Source: a bacterium (GTDB lineage Bacteria; Patescibacteriota; Minisyncoccia; Phycocordibacterales; UBA2100). From it: a DNA stretch of 64,000 bases. The stretch spans positions 18,196 to 82,195 of the forward strand of contig JAUSJH010000009.1 of the NCBI GenBank assembly GCA_030647655.1. Reading direction: 5' to 3'. Below are positions 7,753-17,410 of this stretch, piece by piece. The translations under genes and the position numbers were made by a program. Under the pieces are notes generated by a model. It searched no databases. It saw only the letters and a list, made by a program, of their open reading frames with translations, and was not told where the DNA came from. Position 1 is the first letter of the stretch. Every line of letters begins with the position of its first letter.

Positions 7753-9102
7753 ATGCGCATACGCTTAAAAGAGATAGTGCGGAAGATGCTGCCCTCGCCC
7801 CTGCTCTCGGTCTACCATCTCACGCTTGCGCATTTCGGAGCGATAGTTTCTGGTCATCCTTCGCGCAAGCTTCTCGTCATTGCGGTCACCGGCACAAAGG
7901 GGAAATCGTCGACTACCGAGATGTTGAACGCGATCTTCGAAGAAGCTGGTCACAAAACGGCACTCTTGAATTCTATCCGCATCAAAATAGCAGAGAGTAC
8001 AGATCCAAACATGATGCGCATGTCGATGCCGGGGAGATTCTTTATACAACGATTCCTGCGCGAGGCGGTGGGGAAAAAATGTTTCGTCGCAATCCTTGAA
8101 ATGACTTCCGAAGGGGCAGCACAACACCGCCATCGCGCGATTGAACTCGATGCGCTTGTGTTTACCAATCTGGCGCCCGAACACATCGAGTCGCACGGCT
8201 CATATAAAGCATACGCGGATGCGAAATTCGAGCTCGGGCGCCAGCTCGCGCGGTCGCGCAAGCGACCGCGCGTCGTGGTTGCCAACGCAGACGATCCGGA
8301 AAGCGCCCGCTATCTCGCGCTCAAGGTTGAGCGCGTACTTCCCTTCTCTCTTTCCGCACACGCACCGATGTATGCCGACGAGAAGGGCGGGTATTTCACG
8401 CTTGAGAACACAAAAATCCACGTGCGCCTTCCCGGTGAGTTCTCGCTCAAGAATGCGCTTGCGGCTGCGACACTCGCGCGCGCGCTTAATATTGCACCTG
8501 CTGTCATCGCGCACGCGCTCCAAAAACTAATGCACATTCCGGGACGCGCGGAGCGAATCGAAGAAGGCCAGAATTTCACGGTCGTTGTTGATTATGCACA
8601 CACGCCGGATTCACTCGAGGCGATATACAAAGCATACGGTGTCGCGCGAAAGATTTGCGTCCTCGGTTCGATGGGGGGAAGCCGTGACAGCTGGAACCGT
8701 CCGGTGAAAGGGCGTATTGCTAGCGAATATTGCGCGGAGGTGATACTCACGAATGAAGATCCGTGCGATGACGACCCCGCGGCGATTATCGAGCAAATGC
8801 GGAGCGGTGTCGTCGGTAAAGAGCCACTCATCTTCATTGACCGACGCGAGGCGATTTCGAAAGCTTTCGAAATCGCCCTGAGTTTGTCGAAAAGCATTCA
8901 TCAACCCCTCCAAAAAGCTCGGGGTAATCAAAACGACATAGTCGTTTTGATTACCGGCAAAGGAACCGACCCTTGGATCTACGGCGCCCGAGGCACAAAA
9001 ATTCAGTGGAGTGATGCCAGGGTTGCGCGTGAAGAACTCGCAAAACTAGCCGCCAGCAGAAAGGCCCGCCTCGGCGGCGAAACGGGTATAATGACCTCAT
9101 GA
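7753..9102 (+). CDS. Mur ligase family protein (MurE/MurF-like central and C-terminal domains, lacking the N-terminal UDP-binding domain)
   Basis: P-loop VTGTKGKSST, GEFSLKNALAAATLA, DYAHTPDSL, and a C-domain with GSMGGSRD…TNEDP. Confidence 0.7.
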   Translation: MRIRLKEIVRKMLPSPLLSVYHLTLAHFGAIVSGHPSRKLLVIAVTGTKGKSSTTEMLNAIFEEAGHKTALLNSIRIKIAESTDPNMMRMSMPGRFFIQRFLREAVGKKCFVAILEMTSEGAAQHRHRAIELDALVFTNLAPEHIESHGSYKAYADAKFELGRQLARSRKRPRVVVANADDPESARYLALKVERVLPFSLSAHAPMYADEKGGYFTLENTKIHVRLPGEFSLKNALAAATLARALNIAPAVIAHALQKLMHIPGRAERIEEGQNFTVVVDYAHTPDSLEAIYKAYGVARKICVLGSMGGSRDSWNRPVKGRIASEYCAEVILTNEDPCDDDPAAIIEQMRSGVVGKEPLIFIDRREAISKAFEIALSLSKSIHQPLQKARGNQNDIVVLITGKGTDPWIYGARGTKIQWSDARVAREELAKLAASRKARLGGETGIMTS

Positions 9103-10091
9103 TCAAACGCGTCCTCATCGTCTCCGTCATAATCTTTCTCATCGGGCTCATCGCTTTTTGGCTCATCAGCGGCGGGTGGGGCGCGGTTGGGCGGGTGGGA
9201 CAGACGCTCATGAACCCTTTTGATTTCTTTTTTGGGCAACGTCCTTCGGGAACATTTCTGCGCTTGCCGTGGCAGAAGGATTCTCCCGTACGCGGGCCCG
9301 ATATCTCCGATTATGCGACCGAGGCAAACCGACTCAATCAGAATGCGCAGGAAGAAGACCGTGCTGCGATAGAAGCGCAGTACGGACCGGATATAGCGCA
9401 AGTCCGTACATTAGGCAATCCTTCGCCATATGTGGGCAAAGCGAGAATCGTCGGGACAGCCCCGACCGAAAGCGATTCTGCCTATGAATACATCGAAATA
9501 GTCGCCGCCTCAAGCAATAGCGCGCCAATCTCTCTGACCAATTGGTCTCTGCAGAGTGCTGTATCTGGATTGCGCGCGCCCATCCCGCTCGGCGCACCGC
9601 TTTTTACCATAGGTGTCATCAACAGTGTGCAGGGGATATCTCTCGAGCCGGGGGCCTCCGCCGTTGTTACGACGAGCGCCTCCCCGGTCGGCACCTCATT
9701 TCGGGAAAATATCTGCAGTGGCTACCTTGGTGAACTCCAGACCTTTAGACCTGAAATGGGCAGTTCGTGCCCGCCCCCTTCAGAGGCCCTGCCAATGACC
9801 GCAGAGAATATACGCACCTATGGTGACGCGTGTTTTGATTACTTGAACGCGCTTCCCCAGTGCCACTTCCCGACCACTCTTCCATCGAACCTCTCGAGTA
9901 CGTGTCGCTCGTTTATAGCAAACACGATGTCATACAATGGCTGTGTAAATAGGTACCGCAACAGCGCGTCATTTGCACTTCCTTCGTGGCGCGTGTACCT
10001 CGCGCTACGCTCCGAAATTTGGCAAAACACTCACGACGTCATCCGCCTGCTCGACGGAGAAGGGCGGACAGTTGATGTACTAACGTACTGA
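9099..10091 (+). CDS. membrane-anchored lamin-tail-domain (LTD) protein
   Basis: N-terminal TM (VLIVSVIIFLIGLIAFWLI). The LTD-like segment is YEYIEIVAASSNSAPISLTNWSLQSAVSG…ISLEPGASAVVTT. The C-terminal part is Cys-rich. 4-nt overlap with the Mur-ligase gene. Confidence 0.6.
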   Translation: MIKRVLIVSVIIFLIGLIAFWLISGGWGAVGRVGQTLMNPFDFFFGQRPSGTFLRLPWQKDSPVRGPDISDYATEANRLNQNAQEEDRAAIEAQYGPDIAQVRTLGNPSPYVGKARIVGTAPTESDSAYEYIEIVAASSNSAPISLTNWSLQSAVSGLRAPIPLGAPLFTIGVINSVQGISLEPGASAVVTTSASPVGTSFRENICSGYLGELQTFRPEMGSSCPPPSEALPMTAENIRTYGDACFDYLNALPQCHFPTTLPSNLSSTCRSFIANTMSYNGCVNRYRNSASFALPSWRVYLALRSEIWQNTHDVIRLLDGEGRTVDVLTY

Positions 10092-10544
10092 AAACAAAAT
10101 AATCCCCGCCGCAACCGACACGTTGAGTGATTCTTTCCTGCCGTGCATCGGAATTTCGACGATTGAATCGCATGTTTTGAGAATGTTCTTTGGAACTCCT
10201 CGTACTTCATTGCCAAATACAAAGAGCGTCGGTTTTTTAATTTTTAACGAACGGTAGTCGCGCGCCCGCGCATCTTGCTCGACGCAAACTATTTTCCATC
10301 CATCTTTTTTTAGCTTTGAGAGCAGCCGCATCGGCGCCGTATGATGCTCCCACGGAACGTCTTTTTCCGCGCCGAGCGCGGTTTTTGCTATTTCTTTTTG
10401 AGAACGTCCGAATCTATCCCTCGGTGTCGGTGTATAACCCGAAAGATATATATGCGAAATCCCAGCCGCGTCCGCCGTGCGGAATATAGAGCCCACGTTG
10501 TGCGCACTACGAATATTGTGCAGTAATACCGTCACTTCTTTCAT
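10080..10544 (-). CDS. SpoU-class RNA 2'-O-methyltransferase (TrmH/TrmL-like)
   Basis: 154 aa; motifs NIRSAHNVGSIFRTADAAG, VFGNEVRGV, IPMHGRKESLNVSVAAGIIL. Confidence 0.75.
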   Translation of the reverse strand: MKEVTVLLHNIRSAHNVGSIFRTADAAGISHIYLSGYTPTPRDRFGRSQKEIAKTALGAEKDVPWEHHTAPMRLLSKLKKDGWKIVCVEQDARARDYRSLKIKKPTLFVFGNEVRGVPKNILKTCDSIVEIPMHGRKESLNVSVAAGIILFSVR

Positions 10545-10580
10545 GTCGGCACCATACCATGCAGATGTTATAATTGCGCC

Positions 10581-10979
10581 ATGCTTTCCCTCTTCCCCGA
10601 TATTCTTTTCCTAGCCCCAGTCTCGGCCACCATCCTGCGCATCGTGGCTGGCGTGGCTTTTCTATCTCTTGCATGGATACACTGGCAGAAGCGTGATGAA
10701 ATGAGCCAGATAGATTTTATAGTCGTCGGAAGAGGAATGTGGATTCCAATATTCGCGTCTGTGTTTGAGCTCATCATCGGGGTCGGTCTTATTATCGGAA
10801 TCTATGCGCAAGCGATGGCCCTCCTCGGCGCACTCGCAGCACTAAAATCTTTTATATGGAAACGCCGTTACAGCGGGCTGTTTCCACTATCCCGCACCGA
10901 AAGTGTACTTCTCTTTGTTATCTGTATCTCCGTTGTCCTCACCGGCGCTGGCGCCTTCGCATTCGACCTCCCACTTTAA
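10581..10979 (+). CDS. DoxX-family membrane protein
   Basis: 132 aa with 4 predicted TM helices and a typical DoxX layout (LRIVAGVAFLS…). Confidence 0.6.
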   Translation: MLSLFPDILFLAPVSATILRIVAGVAFLSLAWIHWQKRDEMSQIDFIVVGRGMWIPIFASVFELIIGVGLIIGIYAQAMALLGALAALKSFIWKRRYSGLFPLSRTESVLLFVICISVVLTGAGAFAFDLPL

Positions 10980-11029
10980 ATAATCTTTAGCTTTGAGCTT
11001 CTCGCCTCTAGGGGTTATAGTTTTGCATA

Positions 11030-11103
11030 CCCCTCGTAGCTCAGTGGCAGAGCAGCTCCCTTTTAAGGAGTTGATGTTGGTTCGATTCCAACCGGGGGGA
11101 CCA
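11030..11103 (+). tRNA. tRNA-Lys (anticodon TTT)
   Basis: CCCCTCG TA GCTC AGTGGCA GAGC A GCTCC CTTTTAA GGAGT TGAT GTTGG TTCGATT CCAAC CGGGGGG A CCA. Acceptor and T stems pair; anticodon loop is CT-TTT-AA. Hand-folded. Confidence 0.7.
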
Positions 11104-11186
11104 AACAGGAAATTGCAAGCCGGAGCCCGCCGCCTCGCTTCGCTCGGCGGTCAAAATGGACACGCTCAACAAAAGTCCCAAATGTT

Positions 11187-12854
11187 TTAGTACAGTTGTC
11201 TAAGCCGCTTTTGAAGTGCGGAATACGCAGGCTTGGCTTTTAGATTGGTGTCGAATAGCAAACTTGTGCCATAGACAGTTGGGTATCTGTCGGATCTCGT
11301 CGTAGAACCGTAGAGATCAGTAACACCCCAAGTGGAATACCCAGTACAATTCAAGGCTCGTAGACACACATCTAAGCCGACTACGTACTGATTAATCTGC
11401 GCTTCCGGATCATCTCCGGTGACATCTATTTCTGATATGCGGACCTTAAGCCCGAGTGTCGCGAGTGTTTGCATGTGCGCTCGAAGCGTAGACGCTTCAT
11501 TATAGTCACCATCCCCGTATACATGTGACTCAAACCCGATTCCATCGACGGGCACCCCGCGATTTTTGAGCCGCTTGACTAAACCAAGAAGAGCGTCCCA
11601 TCGTTCACCATCACGTTCCAATCCATAGTCGTTGAGGTACAGTTCTGCAGATGGATCGGCTTTGTGAGCAGTGCGAAATGCCAGATCTATATATTGTTCA
11701 CCCATCGCCTCGTACCATGTATTTCGGTCAAGACCGTGCCGCTCATCACGATACGGAGCTTTTTTGTTTGATAAAGGCTCGTTGACAACATCCCACTCGG
11801 CAACCCTCCCCTTGAAATGACCCACGACAGTCGCTACGTGATTGACCATAATTTCCTGGAGCTCTTCTTTTGGGGAATCTGTCATCCACTCAGGGCTGCT
11901 TTTTGCGTATACCAACGCATGTCCGTGTACGAGCATGTCATTCTGCAGTGCGATATTGACGAGCGTGTCCATTTCGATAAATGAATAGACGTCTTGTTGC
12001 GGATGTATGAATTGCGGCTTCATGCCATTTTCGGGCGTAATCATACTGAACTCACCGAGAGCAAGCTTCCGATACTCTGGATCGGTAACGAGGGCGCTGT
12101 ATACGACAGCGGCTCCCATCCGGAGTTTTCGTGGGTGTGCTGCTGCTAAATTACGCAGGGCATCCGGGTCGTCGTGCGCGACATCATATGAGGAGGGAGG
12201 AACGATTTCTATATGTCCGCTTGAGAGCGGCTCTACTTTTAACGCACCCAGTATCCAATCATCACCCTGTGCAGCGTCAGCTCCGAACCACACCTCTTTG
12301 CTATCAAAAATATGATGGTCGGGAATAGTTCCAAGCTCCTGCCCGTCCGCGCTCGCTATAAGAGTACCGGCCAGATGTTCGATAGAAATACTCACAGAGT
12401 TTTTTAATGCGAACGGATAGATTCTTTCATCGTTAGAATTTGAAGAACTGCCATCCCATATACGCATCGTAACGGTGCCCGTCGCTACATCAATTGCCAC
12501 ACTGCCGGTCTCAAACCGCCACTGGTCGTACACGACCGGAGGCTTTCCGTATAGCCTGAGTGTTCCTCTGGCGTCGATGTTTTCCATGCGCGCAGTTATT
12601 CTAAAATCACCAGATACCGCAAGGTGGACGCCCGCAAGATTCACCGGTGGACTTGGCTGCCCGAGAGATCCGTCCTGATGGATGATGACACGATCAAGCG
12701 ATTGTATGCGAAGGCCTTCCCTTGTAGTTGTTGCACCGGCAAATTGTTGCCAATTTTGATTGGTAACAAGATCCGCACTTTTATCACTGCCGTACGCGAC
12801 GAGGACGATGACTGCGGCAACGAGTACCACGACCCAAAACTTACTCACGAACAT
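11187..12854 (-). CDS. glycoside hydrolase family 10 endo-1,4-beta-xylanase with N-terminal TM anchor and a ~250-aa putative carbohydrate-binding domain
   Basis: GH10 motifs MITPENGMKP, GHALVYAKSSPEWM, WDVVNEPL (acid/base Glu) and ISEIDV (nucleophile Glu). Start taken at the internal Met MFVSKFWVVVLV (12854) to avoid an 80-nt overlap. Confidence 0.8.
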   Translation of the reverse strand: MFVSKFWVVVLVAAVIVLVAYGSDKSADLVTNQNWQQFAGATTTREGLRIQSLDRVIIHQDGSLGQPSPPVNLAGVHLAVSGDFRITARMENIDARGTLRLYGKPPVVYDQWRFETGSVAIDVATGTVTMRIWDGSSSNSNDERIYPFALKNSVSISIEHLAGTLIASADGQELGTIPDHHIFDSKEVWFGADAAQGDDWILGALKVEPLSSGHIEIVPPSSYDVAHDDPDALRNLAAAHPRKLRMGAAVVYSALVTDPEYRKLALGEFSMITPENGMKPQFIHPQQDVYSFIEMDTLVNIALQNDMLVHGHALVYAKSSPEWMTDSPKEELQEIMVNHVATVVGHFKGRVAEWDVVNEPLSNKKAPYRDERHGLDRNTWYEAMGEQYIDLAFRTAHKADPSAELYLNDYGLERDGERWDALLGLVKRLKNRGVPVDGIGFESHVYGDGDYNEASTLRAHMQTLATLGLKVRISEIDVTGDDPEAQINQYVVGLDVCLRALNCTGYSTWGVTDLYGSTTRSDRYPTVYGTSLLFDTNLKAKPAYSALQKRLRQLY

Positions 12855-13389
12855 AATCTGCCGCGACAACAGATTCTGGACCACTGCTCTTGAGCATTCC
12901 GGTGACCGTGACGGTATCACCTACCGCTATGTCTCCTATAGCTTGTCCCACGCCCTTTGAGGTCAAGAATTTCGTGCCGGAGTCTGTTGTTATAGTCCAT
13001 ATGAAATCCGCTGAACCCCACGTCATCCCCACACGGAGAGTGCCGCGAGCGTTTGAAATGACCGTGGCGCCCCGTAGAAGCATCAATCCGTTGTTCGCGA
13101 TATGCATCTCAAGCATCTGTGGTTTTAAGGTGGCGGCGTTCGCCACAGCCGGAGTGCCCAGGTAGACCTTGCCCGCAGTAAATTGTGGAGCTGCGGCGGC
13201 GACGCGTACCGAGAAGACTTCGGATACATACAAGAAAGCTATGAATACGGTGGCGATCGCAATGAGGGCTCCTATGAATACCCTGCGAGTGATTTTGGAG
13301 ATGAACGTGAACGCGGCGGTATTGAGGGCTCGCGCCATGCCGAGCACCACCGTAGTGCGAGCAGGAGTCTGGAGGAGGATGCGCATCAT
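12841..13389 (-). CDS. hypothetical membrane-anchored protein
   Basis: ORF 12841..13434. Start placed at MMRILLQ (13389), just downstream of the GlsB stop. Single TM FIGALIAIATVFIAFLYV. Confidence 0.45.
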   Translation of the reverse strand: MMRILLQTPARTTVVLGMARALNTAAFTFISKITRRVFIGALIAIATVFIAFLYVSEVFSVRVAAAAPQFTAGKVYLGTPAVANAATLKPQMLEMHIANNGLMLLRGATVISNARGTLRVGMTWGSADFIWTITTDSGTKFLTSKGVGQAIGDIAVGDTVTVTGMLKSSGPESVVAADYVRE

Positions 13390-13394
13390 AGGTC

Positions 13395-13643
13395 CTAACG
13401 TCGCAGAGCTCTCACGATCGCAATCAATGCACACGCTCCAAGGAGTGCTACGAGAAAACTGTACAGATTGAAGCCGCCGACGCCCGACTCTCCGAGCAGG
13501 CTCATGAGCCAGCCACCTATGACAGCGCCTACGACACCGACGATGACATTAAGCACGATCCCCTGTTCTGCGTCTGACTTCATAACGAGAGAAGCAACCC
13601 AACCGACAAGCCCACCAAATATGATCCAAAGAATGATGCCCAT
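13395..13643 (-). CDS. GlsB/YeaQ/YmgE-family stress-response membrane protein
   Basis: 82 aa, Gly-rich TM pattern WIIFGGLVGWVASLVM…VIVGVVGAVIGGWL. Confidence 0.65.
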   Translation of the reverse strand: MGIILWIIFGGLVGWVASLVMKSDAEQGIVLNVIVGVVGAVIGGWLMSLLGESGVGGFNLYSFLVALLGACALIAIVRALRR

Positions 13644-13660
13644 ATAATTGTTATATTTGT

Positions 13661-14020
13661 TTAATTATTTTCTTGAGCGTTTAATTTGACCGCGGCTTCT
13701 GGAGTCGAAACCGTCTTCCCCATCAGGAATAATCTGACGACGCCGTACGCCAACACGAGGTACACGAACATCGCCAGAAGTGTAGTCCATTCGAAGACGT
13801 TCCCCGCAACCTGACTAACACGAAAGACGTTCAGAAATGGAGCCGCGAACACATGCGTTACCCCATAGATGAAGCTGGTAAAACCTGCTGTGGCGTTTGC
13901 GCCTAATAGCTTGAGAACAAACCGAAACGCAAGCAACACTTCTACAAGACCCAGAATGTACCAAACGATTTGTGTGCCTCGATAAAGAGGCTTCGTACTT
14001 GGAGAATTGAACGAGTCCAT
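13661..14020 (-). CDS. YggT-family membrane protein
   Basis: 119 aa, two TM segments, with a YggT-like pattern (LLAFRFVLKLL…LLAMFVYLVLAYGVVRLFL). Confidence 0.55.
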   Translation of the reverse strand: MDSFNSPSTKPLYRGTQIVWYILGLVEVLLAFRFVLKLLGANATAGFTSFIYGVTHVFAAPFLNVFRVSQVAGNVFEWTTLLAMFVYLVLAYGVVRLFLMGKTVSTPEAAVKLNAQENN

Positions 14021-14027
14021 ATGATCT

Positions 14028-15104
14028 CTATTTTGTCTTGAACGTTACTCGCGAGCCGCGGACGATGTCTTGTGAGTTCTCCGCCACGATGCGGAAGTAG
14101 TACGTGGTCTTGGGTTTAAGGCCGGAGATGTCCGCGCTTTCCGAAAGCGCGCTCGTGCCAGACCCTGCTGATTTCTTTGGCGTCGTCTTGAGGAGCGTCG
14201 CGCTAAAGAGTGAATCGGTGCTGTACTCGAACCAGTAGGTGGTCTGCGCGCCGTTGGGGTCCACGGTGGCCCGCAGTGTAGCGCTCGAGGTGGCAACGAA
14301 TGCGGCACTTAGAGTTGAGACGGAGGGCGCGGCAACGGCGGGGCCCGCAGTTTTGAAGGTGAGTATTGCGCCGTTCACTGTGCCGAACTGATTCTGTGCG
14401 TTCATACGGAAATAGTAGGTCGTGGCTGGATCAAGATTGTCAATCGATGCTGAAGTGGTGACTTTGGCGCTCCCATCTCCCACGGAAACGAGGGCGGTAG
14501 TAGCCCCGAGATTCGCGGTTTTCCCGTACTCAAACCAATATTGGGTCGACGCCTTGTTTGGCGTGACTTCGCCCCGCAAAGTGGCGGCTGTTCGCGTTAC
14601 AGAGCTCGCGGCGAGCGTTTTTGTAGTCGGAGCACTTCCGGCAGGAGGTGGATTTCCCACTGTCGTACGGAATGTGTACGCGGTACCCGCAGTCCTGCCG
14701 TATTGATTTTCAGCAACAAGACGGAAGTAATACGTCGTATCTTTCGTGAGCCCAGTGATGTAGTCGGGTGCGGGGACGGAAGCGTATCCGGACCCGACCC
14801 CCTGATTGGAGGTCTTGCTTCCGAGATTGGGAGTCGTGCCATATTCGTACCAGTACATAGTTAGAGCGCCCTTGGGCGTGACCTTTCCGGAAACAACAGC
14901 TGTCGTGTCAGAAGGAGCGACGCTCGAATTAGTCGTCGCGACAGGCACTCCTGCCTGCGAAGGCTGAGGAGTTGGACCTGGGATTGTAGTCGGTGTCGAA
15001 GTGGCAGTACTGGATGGAGCCATATTCTGACTGGTAAAGAAGATCAGACCTCCTAAGGCAAGTAGCACGACAACCCCTCCCACCAATACTGTGTTCGCGT
15101 TCAT
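14028..15104 (-). CDS. secreted cell-surface protein with three fibronectin type III-like repeats
   Basis: Three ~90-aa repeats end in YYFR(L/M/I)(V/N)A(E/Q)NQ(Y/F)G…(T/V)F(R/K)T. Start taken at the internal Met MNANTVLVGGVVVLLALGGLIFF (15104), which is a signal anchor. Confidence 0.6.
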   Translation of the reverse strand: MNANTVLVGGVVVLLALGGLIFFTSQNMAPSSTATSTPTTIPGPTPQPSQAGVPVATTNSSVAPSDTTAVVSGKVTPKGALTMYWYEYGTTPNLGSKTSNQGVGSGYASVPAPDYITGLTKDTTYYFRLVAENQYGRTAGTAYTFRTTVGNPPPAGSAPTTKTLAASSVTRTAATLRGEVTPNKASTQYWFEYGKTANLGATTALVSVGDGSAKVTTSASIDNLDPATTYYFRMNAQNQFGTVNGAILTFKTAGPAVAAPSVSTLSAAFVATSSATLRATVDPNGAQTTYWFEYSTDSLFSATLLKTTPKKSAGSGTSALSESADISGLKPKTTYYFRIVAENSQDIVRGSRVTFKTK

Positions 15105-15448
15105 ATGATTGATATCTATTATTTCTAAGTGCCGTCCATCGTACTCTTCCCTTAATGAAGGCGAGGTGAACGTCGCACGTGCCAGATAATGTACGCCGGA
15201 GGCCGCATGCACCGTACGGTACTATGCGGCCTCCGGCTTACATGATTAATTTCCTGGACCTGCTCGATATCTCATCTCGCAACGCCAGAAGAGTTTTGTG
15301 CATACGCAACTCGGGTTGATTCTTGTAATAAAACTCGAGCGCATGCGGACCGTGCCGCAGCATCACCTCATCACGATGCACGCTCAAAGACCAACCTACA
15401 ACGCATATTACGCATGCGCCATGAATCTCGTATGAAATGTGGTGGACG

Positions 15449-16603
15449 TCAGGTGTTCCTGGGACTGTTGTGAGAGAAGTCAACTGCAATCTCGCTTGCA
15501 TTTTCATGTTGGCGCCGCGCATCCTCGAAGTCGGGATCCTGTCCCCCCGCGGGCAGAAGCACGGTAACTGTTGTCCCGCGCTTTTCTGCGCTCCGCACGG
15601 TGATTTTCCCGTTGTGTAACTTTACAAGCTCGGACACGATAGTGAGTCCGAGGCCACCCCCCCCCCAGCCACCACGTTTGCGGGAGGGATCACCACGATA
15701 GTAGGGCTCAAAAATGCGGAATAGGTCTTTGCGCGGGATACCCGAGCCGGAATCTCTTACCGTAAATTCCATGTGGTTGGGGTGTACAGGCTCTACGGTG
15801 ACGAGAATTCTTCCATTTCGCGGAGTGTGTGTGATGGCGTTCTTGACTATGTTCATCACTACTTGTTCGAGTGCAATGGCGTTCCCGTGCACTGTCCGAC
15901 GTTCGCTCATGCGAACCTCGATCTCGAGGTGTTTCGGCTCCGAGAGGCCCTCCATTTGTTGCATTACATGGCTCACCACCTCGCCAAAATCCACGTCTTT
16001 GAACTCCATACGTTCCGGCTTGATAGATGCGGAAAGCGAGAGGAGGTTGTTGATGATTTCAGAGGTGCGGTCCAACTCTTCTATCGTACTTTCAAGCGTC
16101 TTCTTCAGTTCAATACTCACGTCCGGCGACATGAGGGAAACTTCGGTGTTCGTCTTGATGATTGAGATTGGCGTGCGTAGTTCATGTGCGACATTGCCAA
16201 TAAAGAGCTTCTGTGATTCGAGTGCGTTGCGCACCGGCGCGAGCGCCATGCGTGTGACCACATATGATAGGAGGATTGTTGTGGTTATGATTGTCCCAGC
16301 GGCAAACATGAGCGTCCGAGAGCGCATCGCGGTGATCTGTGCGACGACCGACTCCACGATCGACGTGGCCGATGCATTCGGCGCCAGCGCGGCTTGTATT
16401 CCTTCAGAAACAGTAGTGGAGGTATCGTGATACAGGGTCGTAGCAGCGACACCGATGACGCCGAGAAGGAAGACCAAATTCAACAACTGCAGTCCGATGA
16501 TGTTTACTTCCGTCCGGAAGAATGGATCGAACCGATATTTATCCACGAAGCCGATAACCGATTCCCCGAACCGTTTCGAGTACACCTTCAGCATCTTTAC
16601 CAT
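15449..16603 (-). CDS. sensor histidine kinase (2 TM, HisKA, HATPase_c)
   Basis: H-box VAHELRTPISIIKTN; N/G boxes NAITHT…DSGSGIP…GGWGGGGLGLTIV. Start is uncertain: the ORF extends to 16660, but that would overlap the RR gene by 122 nt; the internal Met at 16603 is preferred. Confidence 0.75.
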   Translation of the reverse strand: MVKMLKVYSKRFGESVIGFVDKYRFDPFFRTEVNIIGLQLLNLVFLLGVIGVAATTLYHDTSTTVSEGIQAALAPNASATSIVESVVAQITAMRSRTLMFAAGTIITTTILLSYVVTRMALAPVRNALESQKLFIGNVAHELRTPISIIKTNTEVSLMSPDVSIELKKTLESTIEELDRTSEIINNLLSLSASIKPERMEFKDVDFGEVVSHVMQQMEGLSEPKHLEIEVRMSERRTVHGNAIALEQVVMNIVKNAITHTPRNGRILVTVEPVHPNHMEFTVRDSGSGIPRKDLFRIFEPYYRGDPSRKRGGWGGGGLGLTIVSELVKLHNGKITVRSAEKRGTTVTVLLPAGGQDPDFEDARRQHENASEIAVDFSHNSPRNT

Positions 16604-17213
16604 CAAGCTTTCTCCGAAGGTTTTTAACATGGACGTCGACGACGTTGCTGAATCCGGCATAATTGAAATCCCATAAGTGAGTAAGTAGATCCTCCCGATT
16701 TACGACCTGGTCTGGGTGGCGCATGAAGTATTCAAGGAGCCCGTATTCTTTTAAGGTAAGCGGCACCTCCTCTCCGCCGCGCGTAGCGCGGCGCGTTCTT
16801 GGGTCAAGTTCAATGTCACCCGAGCGCAAGACTTGCGGTAAGGTTTCGCTTGGCCGGCGCAAGAGCGCTTGGAGGCGCGCGTTCAGCTCGGCGAAGGAAA
16901 AGGGCTTTACGAGGTAGTCGTCGGCGCCGGAGCTTAAAAGCTGGACTTTCGTCTCTGTCTCGGCACGCGCGGTGAGAATAAGGATCGGTACCGTAATGTC
17001 TTTCGCCCGCATCTGCTTGCAGATCTCTTGCCCATCCATTGATGGAAGCATGAGGTCGAGAACGACGACATCATAATCACTACGGTGAAGCGAAATACGC
17101 GTGAGAGCTTTTGCGCCATCAGCAACGATATCCACGGTATACCCCTGAAGCTCGAGCCCGCGCTTGATAGCGTCGGCTAGCTTTTCCTCGTCTTCCACGA
17201 GAAGCACTTTCAT
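16539..17213 (-). CDS. OmpR-family response regulator (receiver + winged-helix)
   Basis: MKVLLVEDEEKLADAI…DLMLPSMDG…YLVKPF…TLKEYGLLEYFM…GYRL. Confidence 0.85.
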   Translation of the reverse strand: MKVLLVEDEEKLADAIKRGLELQGYTVDIVADGAKALTRISLHRSDYDVVVLDLMLPSMDGQEICKQMRAKDITVPILILTARAETETKVQLLSSGADDYLVKPFSFAELNARLQALLRRPSETLPQVLRSGDIELDPRTRRATRGGEEVPLTLKEYGLLEYFMRHPDQVVNREDLLTHLWDFNYAGFSNVVDVHVKNLRRKLDGKDAEGVLETVRGIGYRLRG

Positions 17214-17410
17214 ACTAAGGTTTCGGTGTTTAGGCTCGTAATGAGTGACAAACTGCTCCTAGAGTACCACTGTAAAACAGGACGGATGAACATTTCATGA
17301 AGCCATTAGTCCCTTGATAGCGCGGCCCTAACAATAGCTACGCAATCCCCAGGACCACTGGAAACAGACGCGGAGGGATGCGCTGGCTTACTGCTCCCGC
17401 AGGTATTTTC

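Noticed and set aside
15238-15522. 94-aa minus-strand ORF downstream of the histidine kinase
   Set aside because: Overlaps the HK 3' end by 74 nt with no motif; could be a real small protein but the evidence is insufficient.
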